From Bdellovibrionales bacterium (lineage in GTDB: Bacteria; Bdellovibrionota; Bdellovibrionia; Bdellovibrionales; UBA1609): a stretch of DNA of 64,000 nucleotides. The notes beneath the pieces are model-generated. The model was not told the DNA's origin. It was given only the letters and a program-made list of their open reading frames with translations, and made no database searches. The position numbers and the translations under genes were made by a program. The DNA lies in NCBI GenBank assembly GCA_965200875.1, contig OZ241456.1, forward strand, positions 32,001 through 96,000. The letters run 5' to 3'. Shown here piece after piece: positions 54,163 to 64,000 of this stretch (positions within the stretch are counted from its first letter, which is position 1; each line of letters opens with the position of its first letter).

Positions 54163-56921
54163 TGAGAAAAATCCTCTCTTAAAAAATTCTGATCCTCCCC
54201 CTCTTTATCTTCTGCCATTTCTTCTGCCGGCTGAGTGCCTTGAATAAAGGCCTGATGAACAATCTGCCGAGATCCTGCAGAAACCAGCTGGCCGGTTTCA
54301 TTATCAATATGAGTAAAAACAATATCCTCCGGGGCCTTAAACCCTTCTTTTTCCTCTTTGTCTGCATGAGCAAATTTCATAAATTCAAGCCATATAGGAA
54401 GAGCGGCGCGTGCACCGGTTTCCCCCCGGCCAAGACTTTTTTCATTGTCAAAGCCCACCCAAACCCCTACAGCCATTTGAGGGCTGTAACCCAAAAACCA
54501 GGCATCATAATACCCATTGGTGGTGCCGGTTTTTCCGGCAATAGGCCAATCCATTTTACGGGCCAGATACCCCGTACCTTGTGGTTCCCGAATAACGGCT
54601 TTAAGCAAAGTGGTCATTATAAAAGCTGTTTGTTTTGATATCAGCTGTTCAGGATCTGAAAAGAAAAATGAAGGATGGAAAAAAGTATCCGGTTTTTCCA
54701 TCTTATCCGGGGTTTTTTCCAAATCTTCCTGGGAACTTAAAGAGTTTCCCTCTCTCTCCTTTTTTTCAGCCATTAAAAAAGCTTTTCTTTTTTCCTCTAC
54801 TGTCCTTTCCCAATCTGCTCTCTGTTCAGAAAATCGCTCATCCAAACTTAAAGAATCCAAAATTTTTTCCTGATTTTGATCCCTTACTTCGTAAAGAAGA
54901 AGAGGGCTTATTTTTTTTCCCTGTCGCCCTAAGATGGAAAACACTTTGGTCATCTCATAAAGCGTGACACTGCTGGATCCCAAAGCCAAAGTATAATCAG
55001 GGTTAAGGGGACTGAATATACCAAGCCTTCGGGCATAATCACTGACCCACTTAATACCTGTTTTTTCAATCACTTTCACTGTAGGAACATTCATGGAGCG
55101 AATCAGCGCGTTTCTGAACAAAACATCCCCGGAAAACCGCCGACCATAGTTATCAGGCTTCCAAATTTTGCCATCATCTTCTTCTTCCGCAAATCCACTG
55201 GTTTCTTCCTCTTTAGAGGGCTTTAAAACTCCTCCTTCAGCCTCCTCCTCTTCATACACCACAGGAGCGTCTGTTATTAAAGTGGCAGGAGTAAAACCTT
55301 TATCGAGAGCCGCCAAATATACAAGAGGTTTAAAAACAGAACCGGTCTGGCGGGCGGCCTGATAGGCTCTGTTAAATTGAGAACGATGAAAGTCATACCC
55401 TCCTACCAAAGCTAAAATATCCCCAGTTTTTTGATCCAAAGCTATAAGAGCACCTTCCACCAAAGGCTCCTGCTCCAAAGAGACCAACACCCTTTTTTCT
55501 TTAAGGGAGGAGGACGGGGATGTGTTTCCTTTTATTTTTCGCCTTTTAAAATCTGCGGGAATTACAGCACCAGCTGAATCCTCTGCCACTTTTACCAAAA
55601 TCAGATCCCCTTTTTTAAGAGCCAAAGAAGGTTTTTCTAGGGAGAAAAATCGAAAACTGACCTTAGGATCTGGTTTTCTGGCCCATTTCATATTTTCCAA
55701 AGGAAGTACTCCTTGAACCTGAAAAGGAAGCTTCACCAAAACTTTTTTACTTTCATCATTCACTTCCATGACCCAGGCTTTAAAAACCTCACCCGGTCTG
55801 ACACCTTTTAAAAGCTTTTCCTCATCCGTCAAAGGGCCAATAATACGAAACTCCCTTCTTTTTTCCACCAGTCTTTCTTCTTCTTTTTCAAAAAACTTCT
55901 CCACTTCCTCCTCTTTTATAGTAGAAAGAGGCCCTCTGAACCCTTGCCTTTTATCCAATTCCCTTAACCCTTCTTGAAGATATTTTTTGGCCATTTCCTG
56001 AAAAGAAAGATTCATGGCGACTTTAATGGCAAGCCCTCCTGTGAGGAGAAGCTCTTCATCCATTTTTTTCAACAACATCTGCCTTACTGTTTCCAAATAA
56101 TAAGGGGCTTTTTCATGGTACTTTCCCCTCACAAACACTTTTAAGGGAGTGTTTTTTATCTCCTCTGCTGTTGGCTTATCAATATAGGACTCCTCCACCA
56201 TTCTTTGTAAAACATAAATCTGCCGTTCTTTGGCTTTTTTCGGATTATAAATAGGAGAAAACCGACTGGGTGCCTGAGGAAGACCAGCCAAAAGGGAGCT
56301 TTCCGCCAAATTCAGCTCTCCCACTTTCTTTCTAAAATAAATTTCCGCCGCCATGCCCACTCCATAAGCACCATGCCCCAAATAAATTTGATTGAGATAA
56401 AGGCGCAAAATCTCTTCTTTACTGAGATGCTTTTCCATGCGCAAAGCCAACACAGCTTCTTTGAGTTTTCTCTTGTAAGTTTTTTCTGAAGAAAGAAGCA
56501 AAGAACGAGCCACCTGCTGTGTGATAGTGGATCCACCCTGCACTTTTTTTCCAGCCTTAATATTGGCCAGAAAAGCTCTGAAAATCGCTTTAAAATTCAC
56601 GCCTTTATGTTCAAAAAAACTTCCATCCTCAGCTGACACAAAAGCCTGAATCAGGGTTTTCGGAAACTCAGAATAGGCATTCAGTATCCTTCTTTCCTTA
56701 AAAAACTCTCCGACCTTGTTGCCTTTTTTATCCAACACTTTAGAAACAAGTGGTGGTTTATAGTTCTTCAGGCTTTCCACGGATGGCAAAGCCCGAATAA
56801 GAAAAAATAGATAACCCGCATAAGTAAAGCCAAGGCCCAAAGAGACAATCAAAAAAAATATCAATACTTTTTTTACAGCACCGGCTTTATGCAAAGTTAT
56901 TGCCTGTTTCAGTCTTTTCAA
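54159..56921 (-). CDS. mrcA: Penicillin-binding protein 1A
   Basis: SAEDGSFFEH, GGSTITQQ, RKLKE, SVFK, SMN, KTGT. Confidence 0.95.
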   Translation of the reverse strand: MKRLKQAITLHKAGAVKKVLIFFLIVSLGLGFTYAGYLFFLIRALPSVESLKNYKPPLVSKVLDKKGNKVGEFFKERRILNAYSEFPKTLIQAFVSAEDGSFFEHKGVNFKAIFRAFLANIKAGKKVQGGSTITQQVARSLLLSSEKTYKRKLKEAVLALRMEKHLSKEEILRLYLNQIYLGHGAYGVGMAAEIYFRKKVGELNLAESSLLAGLPQAPSRFSPIYNPKKAKERQIYVLQRMVEESYIDKPTAEEIKNTPLKVFVRGKYHEKAPYYLETVRQMLLKKMDEELLLTGGLAIKVAMNLSFQEMAKKYLQEGLRELDKRQGFRGPLSTIKEEEVEKFFEKEEERLVEKRREFRIIGPLTDEEKLLKGVRPGEVFKAWVMEVNDESKKVLVKLPFQVQGVLPLENMKWARKPDPKVSFRFFSLEKPSLALKKGDLILVKVAEDSAGAVIPADFKRRKIKGNTSPSSSLKEKRVLVSLEQEPLVEGALIALDQKTGDILALVGGYDFHRSQFNRAYQAARQTGSVFKPLVYLAALDKGFTPATLITDAPVVYEEEEAEGGVLKPSKEEETSGFAEEEDDGKIWKPDNYGRRFSGDVLFRNALIRSMNVPTVKVIEKTGIKWVSDYARRLGIFSPLNPDYTLALGSSSVTLYEMTKVFSILGRQGKKISPLLLYEVRDQNQEKILDSLSLDERFSEQRADWERTVEEKRKAFLMAEKKEREGNSLSSQEDLEKTPDKMEKPDTFFHPSFFFSDPEQLISKQTAFIMTTLLKAVIREPQGTGYLARKMDWPIAGKTGTTNGYYDAWFLGYSPQMAVGVWVGFDNEKSLGRGETGARAALPIWLEFMKFAHADKEEKEGFKAPEDIVFTHIDNETGQLVSAGSRQIVHQAFIQGTQPAEEMAEDKEGEDQNFLREDFSQ

Positions 56922-57063
56922 AATTTACTCCTTTTAAGCGGGGCAGTATAACAAAACCTTTACATTGTGACATATTTTTTGTGGGAAAAAAGTATTTTAC
57001 GGCCTAAAAAACCGCTAAAGAAAAAAAACAAAACAACCGAATATGACTTAAAAGGGAGGAAAA

Positions 57064-58431
57064 ATGCCAGAATTTTTTTTTAGTAACCCCCATCAACCGT
57101 CAAAACTTTTAAACCCCATAAAAGCCTTTTTATTATTGGCATTCTTGTTTTTATCACCGGCTGTTTATTCCAATATAGTCTGTCCAGAGGGGGACACAGA
57201 ATGCATAAATAGGGTGCTTGAAAGTCAGAAAGAAGAGCAAACATACCGGAGGAACCGGGACCGAATGGCGGACGACCGGCAGGAGAAACTGGACGATGAA
57301 AGAAGAGAAAGAGAAGCTCGTAGCGATTTAAGACAAGAGGAACAAGACAGGCGAACACGAGAGCGAGAAGCAGAAGCTGATGCAAAAGAACAGGAAAGAG
57401 AGGTAAAAGAGGCCCTAAAGGAAAGAGAGGAAAAATGTGAAAACGCAGAAAATGAAGTAAAAGACGCCCTAGAGGAAAAAGATGAAAAACAATCAGAGCT
57501 TGAGCAGGATTTTTACGATTTAGAGGAAGATATCACGGAACTGGAAGGAAAAAGTGCAGAAGAGCAAACAAAGATAAAAACGGAAATAGAAAATTTTAAT
57601 AGAACAGCCAATAACAATACACAGCAACTCAAAGAAGAAATGGGTAAGGAGTTAAAAAACATAGATGTAAAAGTGCAACAAATCCAAGACACCATAGGCC
57701 AGCTTCATGACAGCCTAGAAAAAGTGGAAGAAGATAGACTTACTGCTTTTTACGCCCGCCGAAAACAACAAAATGAATTTTACAGCACCTGCTTTGGAAA
57801 AGCCTTGGAGCAAACAGAAAAGGTAAGAATGATTTTTTACCAAAGAAAAAGAGCAAACACTTTAAGGAGAAGGACTTTAGGTGACCTTGCTCGCGGAGGA
57901 AAAACACAAACCCGAAACACATTTTCCGGCAGATTTAATCAGTTTTTAAACCTGTGCTTAAACAACCAAGCCGCTTTACTGCAAAAAAGCAATCAGGAAA
58001 ATGAGTATCAGCTCATGGTGGAAAAATTGAATCGCAGGGAAGAAAGAATAGAGCAAAAAATAGCGGAGTTAAAAACACAAATCGCCAATTTAAAAAGTCA
58101 CGGAAAAGCGGAAATACTCAACAGATACAAAGAAAAAATGCAACAGGAAATTCAGAATTTTGAGCAATCTTATGACTCTCTTACGGAAAATTATCAAACA
58201 AATTCCAGGCAAATTATAAATCAAATCGGGAAAATCAAGCACCAGCAAGCCTCTGTTTTAATGAATCGCGCTCAAAACGCCTTGCCAGAGAGAACACGAA
58301 ATGACCTAATAGTCCACCAATGCCAACAACATGGAGGAGGATTGAATGTGCTTAATATGTTTCCCAGCTCTTTCACTACTGCTCCCGTGAGCCGAAACAG
58401 AGGAGGAATATTTGGAGGAAGTATTCGGTGA
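57064..58431 (+). CDS. Secreted coiled-coil hypothetical protein
   Basis: Signal peptide AFLLLAFLFLSPAVYS, long E/R/K/Q helices, sparse Cys; GGAGG RBS. Confidence 0.75.
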   Translation: MPEFFFSNPHQPSKLLNPIKAFLLLAFLFLSPAVYSNIVCPEGDTECINRVLESQKEEQTYRRNRDRMADDRQEKLDDERREREARSDLRQEEQDRRTREREAEADAKEQEREVKEALKEREEKCENAENEVKDALEEKDEKQSELEQDFYDLEEDITELEGKSAEEQTKIKTEIENFNRTANNNTQQLKEEMGKELKNIDVKVQQIQDTIGQLHDSLEKVEEDRLTAFYARRKQQNEFYSTCFGKALEQTEKVRMIFYQRKRANTLRRRTLGDLARGGKTQTRNTFSGRFNQFLNLCLNNQAALLQKSNQENEYQLMVEKLNRREERIEQKIAELKTQIANLKSHGKAEILNRYKEKMQQEIQNFEQSYDSLTENYQTNSRQIINQIGKIKHQQASVLMNRAQNALPERTRNDLIVHQCQQHGGGLNVLNMFPSSFTTAPVSRNRGGIFGGSIR

Positions 58432-58442
58432 ATAAAAGAAAA

Positions 58443-58609
58443 AAGAGAGGAGAGCACTGATGAGGACTGAATCCGTTTTTATTTAGGTGGACGACTACGG
58501 TAGGAACTTCAGGCTTCCTAAAACATGAGAGTTTTTGGCTTGCTCACCATCCCCAGAGGCGGTCTCCCTTCTATTTATTGTAGGATTCACCTTTTGTCAC
58601 CCTCCCTCT
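58443..58609 (-). ncRNA. ssrS: Probable 6S RNA
   Basis: About 167-nt rod: AAGAGGGAG pairs with CTCCTCTCTT; TGAATCC/GGATTCA closes an A-rich central bubble (TACAATAAATAGAAGGGAG / CCACCTAAATAAAAAC); extended -10 TGTTATAAT upstream near 58645-58653. Confidence 0.72.
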
Positions 58610-58722
58610 TGATCAATTTTTTTTAATGATTCCCTTTTTAGCCATTATAACACAAAGTGTAACATAAAAAGATAACTCTTGCTATTGACTTTAATAAAAA
58701 TATGTCCGTATTTTCTTAAACT

Positions 58723-59970
58723 ATGGATTGGGATTTTCAACCTGAGACAGATGAAAGCCTTGACTGCTATTCTGTGTCAGAAATTACAAAAATGATTCAG
58801 GATCGTCTTGAGTCCTCTTTTCCGCTTTTGCAAATAAAGGGCGAAATTTCCAATTTTACGGCCCACACATCGGGACATTGGTATTTCACCTTAAAAGATT
58901 CTACCAGCCAAATCCGGGCGGTTATGTTTCGAAAAGCTAACCAAAAATTAAGTTTTCAGCCGGAAAGAGGAAAAAGCCTAGAAGTAACAGTAACAGGACA
59001 AATCAGTGTATATCAAGCCAGAGGAGAATATCAGATTATATGCCAGGACATGGAAAAATGCGGAAAAGGTGCTCTCCAGGAAAAATTTGAACAGCTGAAA
59101 ATAAAACTTAAGCAGGAAGGACTTTTTGAAAGAAAAAAACCTCTTCCGTTTTTGCCACGGCATATTCTTATTGTCAGCTCTCCCACGGGCGCGGCCATAC
59201 AGGATATTTTAAATATTTTAAAAAGAAGATATAAAGGGATAAAAATCACTTTGGTGCCCGCTTTAGTGCAGGGAGAATCTGCCCCAGAAAGTTTAATATC
59301 CGCTTTGGAGAAAGCCAAAAAGCTGAAAGATGCAGATGTACTGATCATCACCAGAGGGGGAGGAAGCCTAGAAGATCTCATGGCCTTTAATGATGAAAAT
59401 CTGGCACGCGCCCTATTCAAGTTCCCGCTTCCCGTGATTTCTGCCGTGGGGCATGAAATTGACTTTACAATATGTGATTTTATAGCAGACTTAAGAGCAC
59501 CCACCCCCTCAGCCGGTGCGGAATTAGTGTCACAAAACGCAAAGAACTTAAGTGAACAAGTTGAAAAAATGAGAGAGCTTATTTATCAAAACATAAAAAG
59601 AGAGCTTTTTCGCTTAAAAGAAAAATTAAATGTTTTAAATAACACTCTTATTCATCCCGGAAAAAAAATACAGGAGCTTGAGCAATATATGGATGAACTC
59701 AATGCCAATTTGAGACGAGAGATATTTCAACAAACAAAGTTAAAAAGAGAAAAATTAAAAGCTCTTTTTTCTCTGCTACAAAGCCTAAGCCCCCTAAAGG
59801 TTTTGAGCCGGGGATATTGCCTTATCAACAAAGATGAGATTCTTATAAAAAAGGCGCAAAGCCTCAAAAAAGGGGATAAAGTGTGTATTCGATTTTCTGA
59901 AAGTTTTGCTCTGGCCCATATCAACAAGACCGGCTTGTTGCCAAAAACAGACAAAAAACCTGGTCCTTAA
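58723..59970 (+). CDS. xseA: Exodeoxyribonuclease VII large subunit
   Basis: GEISNF..SGHWYFTLKD, RGGGSLEDL, SAVGHEID, RAPTPS. Confidence 0.97.
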   Translation: MDWDFQPETDESLDCYSVSEITKMIQDRLESSFPLLQIKGEISNFTAHTSGHWYFTLKDSTSQIRAVMFRKANQKLSFQPERGKSLEVTVTGQISVYQARGEYQIICQDMEKCGKGALQEKFEQLKIKLKQEGLFERKKPLPFLPRHILIVSSPTGAAIQDILNILKRRYKGIKITLVPALVQGESAPESLISALEKAKKLKDADVLIITRGGGSLEDLMAFNDENLARALFKFPLPVISAVGHEIDFTICDFIADLRAPTPSAGAELVSQNAKNLSEQVEKMRELIYQNIKRELFRLKEKLNVLNNTLIHPGKKIQELEQYMDELNANLRREIFQQTKLKREKLKALFSLLQSLSPLKVLSRGYCLINKDEILIKKAQSLKKGDKVCIRFSESFALAHINKTGLLPKTDKKPGP

Positions 59971-60042
59971 AAAAAACCATTGGCAAAGAAAAAATCGGAA
60001 ACCAAATGCTTACACAAAAAACTTTAAAAGGAGGTTTTGAGA

Positions 60043-60255
60043 GTGGAGTTTGAAAAAAAAATAAAAGAGTTGGAAAATATAGTAGAAAAACTAAGCCAGG
60101 GAGAGCTTTCCCTTGAGGAATCTTTAAAGTTTTTTGAAAAAGGGGTAAAAATTTCCAGGGAATGTTCGGAACAACTTAATAAATCCGAGGAAAAAGTCAG
60201 GAAGCTGATTGACATAAGCCCGGAAGGAAAAGCCTTGACTGAAGATTTCAAGTGA
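60043..60255 (+). CDS. xseB: Exodeoxyribonuclease VII small subunit
   Basis: FEKKIKELENIVEKL..LSLEESLKFFEKG; AGGAGG 8 nt before GTG. Confidence 0.95.
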   Translation: MEFEKKIKELENIVEKLSQGELSLEESLKFFEKGVKISRECSEQLNKSEEKVRKLIDISPEGKALTEDFK

Positions 60256-60270
60256 GAGAGCTAAAAAATC

Positions 60271-61140
60271 ATGTCCTGTAAAAAAAAAGAGCTTTTGACC
60301 AACCCTTTTTCCGGGAATGAAAGCTTTAAAAAATTTCTTCTCCAGTTTGAAGGGTTTTTAAAAGATCATCTAAAAAGTTTTCAAACACTTCCCTTTAAGG
60401 GACAAAAACAGCTTAAGTCCGCAATGGAATATAGCCTTTTTTCCGGTGGAAAAAGATTTCGGCCTTTGTTGGTTTTCGCAACGGCTGAATTAATGAAAAT
60501 CAAAACTTCTGTTATTTTACCCTGGGCAGGCGCGATTGAAATGCTCCATACAGCCTCTTTAATTCATGATGATCTTCCCTGTATGGATAACAGCCTTCAA
60601 AGACGCGGAAAGGCTACTAACCACAGACTTTTTGGAGAAAACATGGCTTTACTGGCCGGGGATTGCCTTTGGATAGAAGCTTTTCGACTGATTGGTTCGC
60701 GGGAAAAAGAAAGTAAAGTCTGGATAAACCTCCTTTGCACCTCTGCGGGTTTCAGTGGCTTAATGGGAGGACAAGCTTTGGATCTGAAAATTCCCTCAAA
60801 ACCCAGTGAGAGCTACTGCAAAAAAATGCACTTTATGAAAACAGGTGCCTTAATCTCTGCAAGCATGACGGGAGTGCTGGCTCTTAAGCCTGAAGAAAAA
60901 ACAAACCACTTAAAAAAAATCTCTTATCTGATTGGTCAGGCTTTTCAACTTTCTGATGACTTGCAGGATGAAAAAGAGGAAAAAAGCCCTGCCAACTTTG
61001 CGCGAGCTATGGGTTCAAAAAAAGCGAGAAAAGATCTAGAAACCTTAAGCAAAAAAGCCTTGGAATTAATCAAAAACATGGGCTATCCCAGCCGGTTTTT
61101 AAAAAAGTTGATTATATTCAACCGGGACAGAGCGTTTTAA
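60271..61140 (+). CDS. ispA: Farnesyl diphosphate synthase
   Basis: GGKRFRP, SLIHDDLPCMD, GQALD, KTG, FQLSDD. Confidence 0.93.
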   Translation: MSCKKKELLTNPFSGNESFKKFLLQFEGFLKDHLKSFQTLPFKGQKQLKSAMEYSLFSGGKRFRPLLVFATAELMKIKTSVILPWAGAIEMLHTASLIHDDLPCMDNSLQRRGKATNHRLFGENMALLAGDCLWIEAFRLIGSREKESKVWINLLCTSAGFSGLMGGQALDLKIPSKPSESYCKKMHFMKTGALISASMTGVLALKPEEKTNHLKKISYLIGQAFQLSDDLQDEKEEKSPANFARAMGSKKARKDLETLSKKALELIKNMGYPSRFLKKLIIFNRDRAF

Positions 61141-61211
61141 CTCCAAAAGATATTGGTTTTCAAATTAAATAATTCCTTTTATTTCCCTTTATAAAGTTTT
61201 ATAAATATAAT

Positions 61212-62243
61212 ATGTATCAAAACCCTCTTTTAAGCCTTTTAAAAATCTCCTTTTTTGCAAACCGATCCTTAATAAAAGGTTACATTTTTATATGTTTTTT
61301 TCTAAGTGCCTGCGCGCTTACCCGCCCTGAAAAAAAAGACATAAAACCTTTAACTGAACCTACTCCTGAAGAAGAAAAAATAAAACTTGGACTTTTTATT
61401 TCCGGAGCAGGTGCCAACACCTTTTCAGCACTCCCTTTACTGGAGCTTTTTCAAAAACAAAATATTACTTTTGATTTTACAGCCGGCACGGGATGGGGTG
61501 CCTGGCTGGCAGGTCTTTATGCTAAAAACCAAACTGTGGATGACATAAAATGGAATCTGTTTAAACTAAAAGAACAGGGAGTATTTGAAAAAAAATGGTT
61601 CCGGAAAAAAAGAAAAAATGCCAGACTCCTTAAAAATATTACAAAAGAAGCCTTGTTTTCCCCACTGTCTGTTCCTTTTGTATGCCCGGTAGTTAATAAC
61701 AGAGGTCAGGTTTTTTGGATCCAGGAAAAAAGATCGGGAAAAAATATTCTCCAGTGTTTAAACAATACCCTGCCACACTTCTTTTCTTTTGGAAGCACAA
61801 AGGAGCAGGGTAGTTTTTTTTCCGCAGAGCTTACTTTAAAATATCTCCAAAAAAAAGGAATAAACACCCTTTTATGGGTTAAACCAAATATCCTGTTAAA
61901 AAATGAACCCGATAAACATTCCATTCTTTTCTGGAGAGAGCTTTCGGCGTATTTGAACAATCTGCAAAAACGATATACTCTTGCAAAAACTATACAAACA
62001 AAGGGGAAACCTTGGAACAATATAATAATCCTAGAGACAAAAACCAGCTCTTTTTCTGTATCTGATTTTTCTCAATTACACACCATAATGAAAAGCCCTG
62101 TCCCTTTACGGGAGAAACAAAAAATTATTAATTTAAAACTTAAACTTAAAAGCCGTCTTAAAAAACTCTCCTTCCCACAAAACAAAAATACCATCAAACA
62201 GAAAACCCGGAATAAAACGCTCCCAGAAATCCAAAACACATAA
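61212..62243 (+). CDS. Patatin-like lipoprotein, degenerate active site
   Basis: Lipobox LSAC; GLFISGAGA and AGTGWGA at the patatin oxyanion and nucleophile positions. Confidence 0.65.
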   Translation: MYQNPLLSLLKISFFANRSLIKGYIFICFFLSACALTRPEKKDIKPLTEPTPEEEKIKLGLFISGAGANTFSALPLLELFQKQNITFDFTAGTGWGAWLAGLYAKNQTVDDIKWNLFKLKEQGVFEKKWFRKKRKNARLLKNITKEALFSPLSVPFVCPVVNNRGQVFWIQEKRSGKNILQCLNNTLPHFFSFGSTKEQGSFFSAELTLKYLQKKGINTLLWVKPNILLKNEPDKHSILFWRELSAYLNNLQKRYTLAKTIQTKGKPWNNIIILETKTSSFSVSDFSQLHTIMKSPVPLREKQKIINLKLKLKSRLKKLSFPQNKNTIKQKTRNKTLPEIQNT

Positions 62244-62259
62244 AAAGGTTAAAAAGCTT

Positions 62260-63567
62260 ATGAAAAAAAACTCCAGTGTCGTTAAAAATACAGAAGTTTA
62301 TAAAACCCGCAGAAACACCCTGATTCAAAACATGCCTGAGGATTCCGCTCTTATTCTTCCTTCCTGGCCAAAAACCAACCGCTCTGGGGATGTGGAATGG
62401 CCTTACAGACCTTCTTCTGATCTTATTTATCTAAGTGGTTTTACAGAACCTTATTCCTGTCTCGTGATTTTATCTAAACCCCATTCAAAAGCTCTTTTAT
62501 TTGCACAGGAAAAAGACCCGGAAAAAGAGCTTTGGACAGGTCCTGTTTACGGCCCAGAACAAGCTGGGGATATCTTTCAGGTAGAAGCCTGCTATCCGGT
62601 TTCAGAGTTTTCCCATGTAGCCCCAGAAATTTTAAAAAATATTTGTTCTCTTTATTACAAAGTCGGCATAAATTCCCATTGGGACATTCCTTTGAAAAAA
62701 CTTGTTCTCGACTTAAAAAGCAAAAAAAAATTATCGTTACAAGATCCTGTACAGTTAATAGTTCCCCTCAGAATGAAAAAAGAAAAAGAGGAGATAAGCT
62801 TAATCAAGAAGGCTGTTTCCATCAGCGAAACAGCACATATCGAAGTAATGAAACACACGCAGGCAGGGTTAAATGAAAGAGAGCTTTACGGCAGATTCTT
62901 ATGGGAAATCAAAAAAGGAGGTGCACAGGCTGAAGCCTATCCCGGCATTTTTGCTTCAGGTCAAAACGCCTGCATTTTACATTACACAGAAAACACCCGC
63001 AAAACACAGGACGGGGATTTACTACTAATGGATGCCGGCGCGGAATATAATTATTACGCCTCTGATATTACAAGAACCTTTCCCGTCAACGGAAAATTTT
63101 CCAAAGTCCAAAAAAATCTTTACACAAAACTTCTTTCTGTACAAAAAAAAACTGTGGAAAGTCTTAAGCCCGGAATATCTTTTACAGATATTCAAAACAA
63201 GCTGGTTGAGCTTTTATCCCTTATGATGAAAGAAGAGGGATTTTTTTCCGAATCTGTAAAAGAAATTATTGAACATAAAAAGTATAAAAAATATTTTCCT
63301 CACTCCTTTGGCCATTCCTTGGGTCTAGATGTGCATGATCCTGTTTTTTCCGAAACAAAAAACCTTAAAATCAAAGAAGATTTTGTTTTAACCATAGAGC
63401 CAGGACTTTACCTGCCACCAGACGATATGTCTTTAAAGCCAGAACTAAGAGGGCTTGGCTTTCGCATTGAAGACGACATATTGATTACCAAAACCGGCGC
63501 GGAGGTATTAAGCAAAAATGTTCCAAAAGAGGCGGAAGAAATAGAAGAGCTGATTCAAAGCGGATAA
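62260..63567 (+). CDS. pepP: Xaa-Pro aminopeptidase
   Basis: ILHY, DAGAE..YASDITRTFP, GHSLGLDVHD, TIEPGLY, RIEDD. Confidence 0.96.
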   Translation: MKKNSSVVKNTEVYKTRRNTLIQNMPEDSALILPSWPKTNRSGDVEWPYRPSSDLIYLSGFTEPYSCLVILSKPHSKALLFAQEKDPEKELWTGPVYGPEQAGDIFQVEACYPVSEFSHVAPEILKNICSLYYKVGINSHWDIPLKKLVLDLKSKKKLSLQDPVQLIVPLRMKKEKEEISLIKKAVSISETAHIEVMKHTQAGLNERELYGRFLWEIKKGGAQAEAYPGIFASGQNACILHYTENTRKTQDGDLLLMDAGAEYNYYASDITRTFPVNGKFSKVQKNLYTKLLSVQKKTVESLKPGISFTDIQNKLVELLSLMMKEEGFFSESVKEIIEHKKYKKYFPHSFGHSLGLDVHDPVFSETKNLKIKEDFVLTIEPGLYLPPDDMSLKPELRGLGFRIEDDILITKTGAEVLSKNVPKEAEEIEELIQSG

Positions 63568-63588
63568 ATCTTTCAAAAGCCTTCTATT

Positions 63589-64000
63589 TTAAATATTAGT
63601 TGGCATACCATCCTGATAGAACCAGTTTTTTGCTTGTGCAATTTTCAACAAACTTCTTTCGGACTCGTAATTTCTCTCCCCCTTTTTTGCTGTAGAGATA
63701 ACCAACTTGACCGGAAAGGCATATTCTAAAAGAGCCTGATCGGAAAGAGTATTTCCTGCGCAAAAAATGGGACGAGCACCGGAAGTGCTTCGCTTAAAAG
63801 CTGATACTTTATCCTTATGGATTGGAGCCGGCAAAACCAGCTTATCCGTAATAAGCCCTTTTTCCACCAAAGTCTCAACACCTATAATGTTTTCTCCCGG
63901 AATACCATAGCCTTCAAGGGCCTTTGCTAAAACCCATTTCAAGGAAGAACTGACCACAAAAACCTGAACATTTTTTCTGATAAACCAGTCTATCAAACAC
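63589..64000 (-). CDS. HAD-like hydrolase (3' part; runs off window end)
   Basis: VFVVSSS, DKV, CAGNTLSD..LL resemble HAD motifs II-IV. Confidence 0.75.
   Translation of the reverse strand, partial: CLIDWFIRKNVQVFVVSSSLKWVLAKALEGYGIPGENIIGVETLVEKGLITDKLVLPAPIHKDKVSAFKRSTSGARPIFCAGNTLSDQALLEYAFPVKLVISTAKKGERNYESERSLLKIAQAKNWFYQDGMPTNI

Noticed and set aside
58626..58637. ATGATTCCCTTT match to the 18-bp inverted repeat at 36257
   Set aside because: Only 12 bp in an AT-rich genome with no partner repeat; plausibly chance.

Overview
AT-rich bacterial chromosome segment, most likely from a Bdellovibrionota-type organism. This is inferred from the Bd0055-like histone, MIDAS/vWA lipoproteins, large TPR proteins, spd-type EF-G and gene order. 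Most of the window is housekeeping: secA (partial), tRNA-Asn, tRNA-Ser, rho-prfA-prmC-murA, gatCAB-ppx, ligA, aspC-like, coaD/rsmD, aroF-menF-menD/menG, fusA-dcd, recQ, groES-groEL, mrcA-uvrA, a probable 6S RNA and xseA-xseB-ispA-pepP. Small accessory insertions interrupt it. The most striking feature is a 69-aa bacterial histone-fold gene (44860-45069) facing a SAM methyltransferase (43829-44641) that has the YVPTP / FVDxGxGxGR layout of DOT1/aKMT-type protein-lysine methyltransferases, making it a candidate bacterial histone-methylation module. Other oddities: an FGE-sulfatase (DGR-target-type) gene with a duplicated variable-region-like segment, a 69-bp palindromic tandem array upstream of fic, a pentapeptide-repeat gene boxed by perfect 18-bp inverted repeats, a repeat-derived insertion inside LigA, an orphan DNA methyltransferase splitting rsmD-coaD, and a patatin lacking its catalytic Ser. 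All family calls come from motif recognition by eye; no searches were run.
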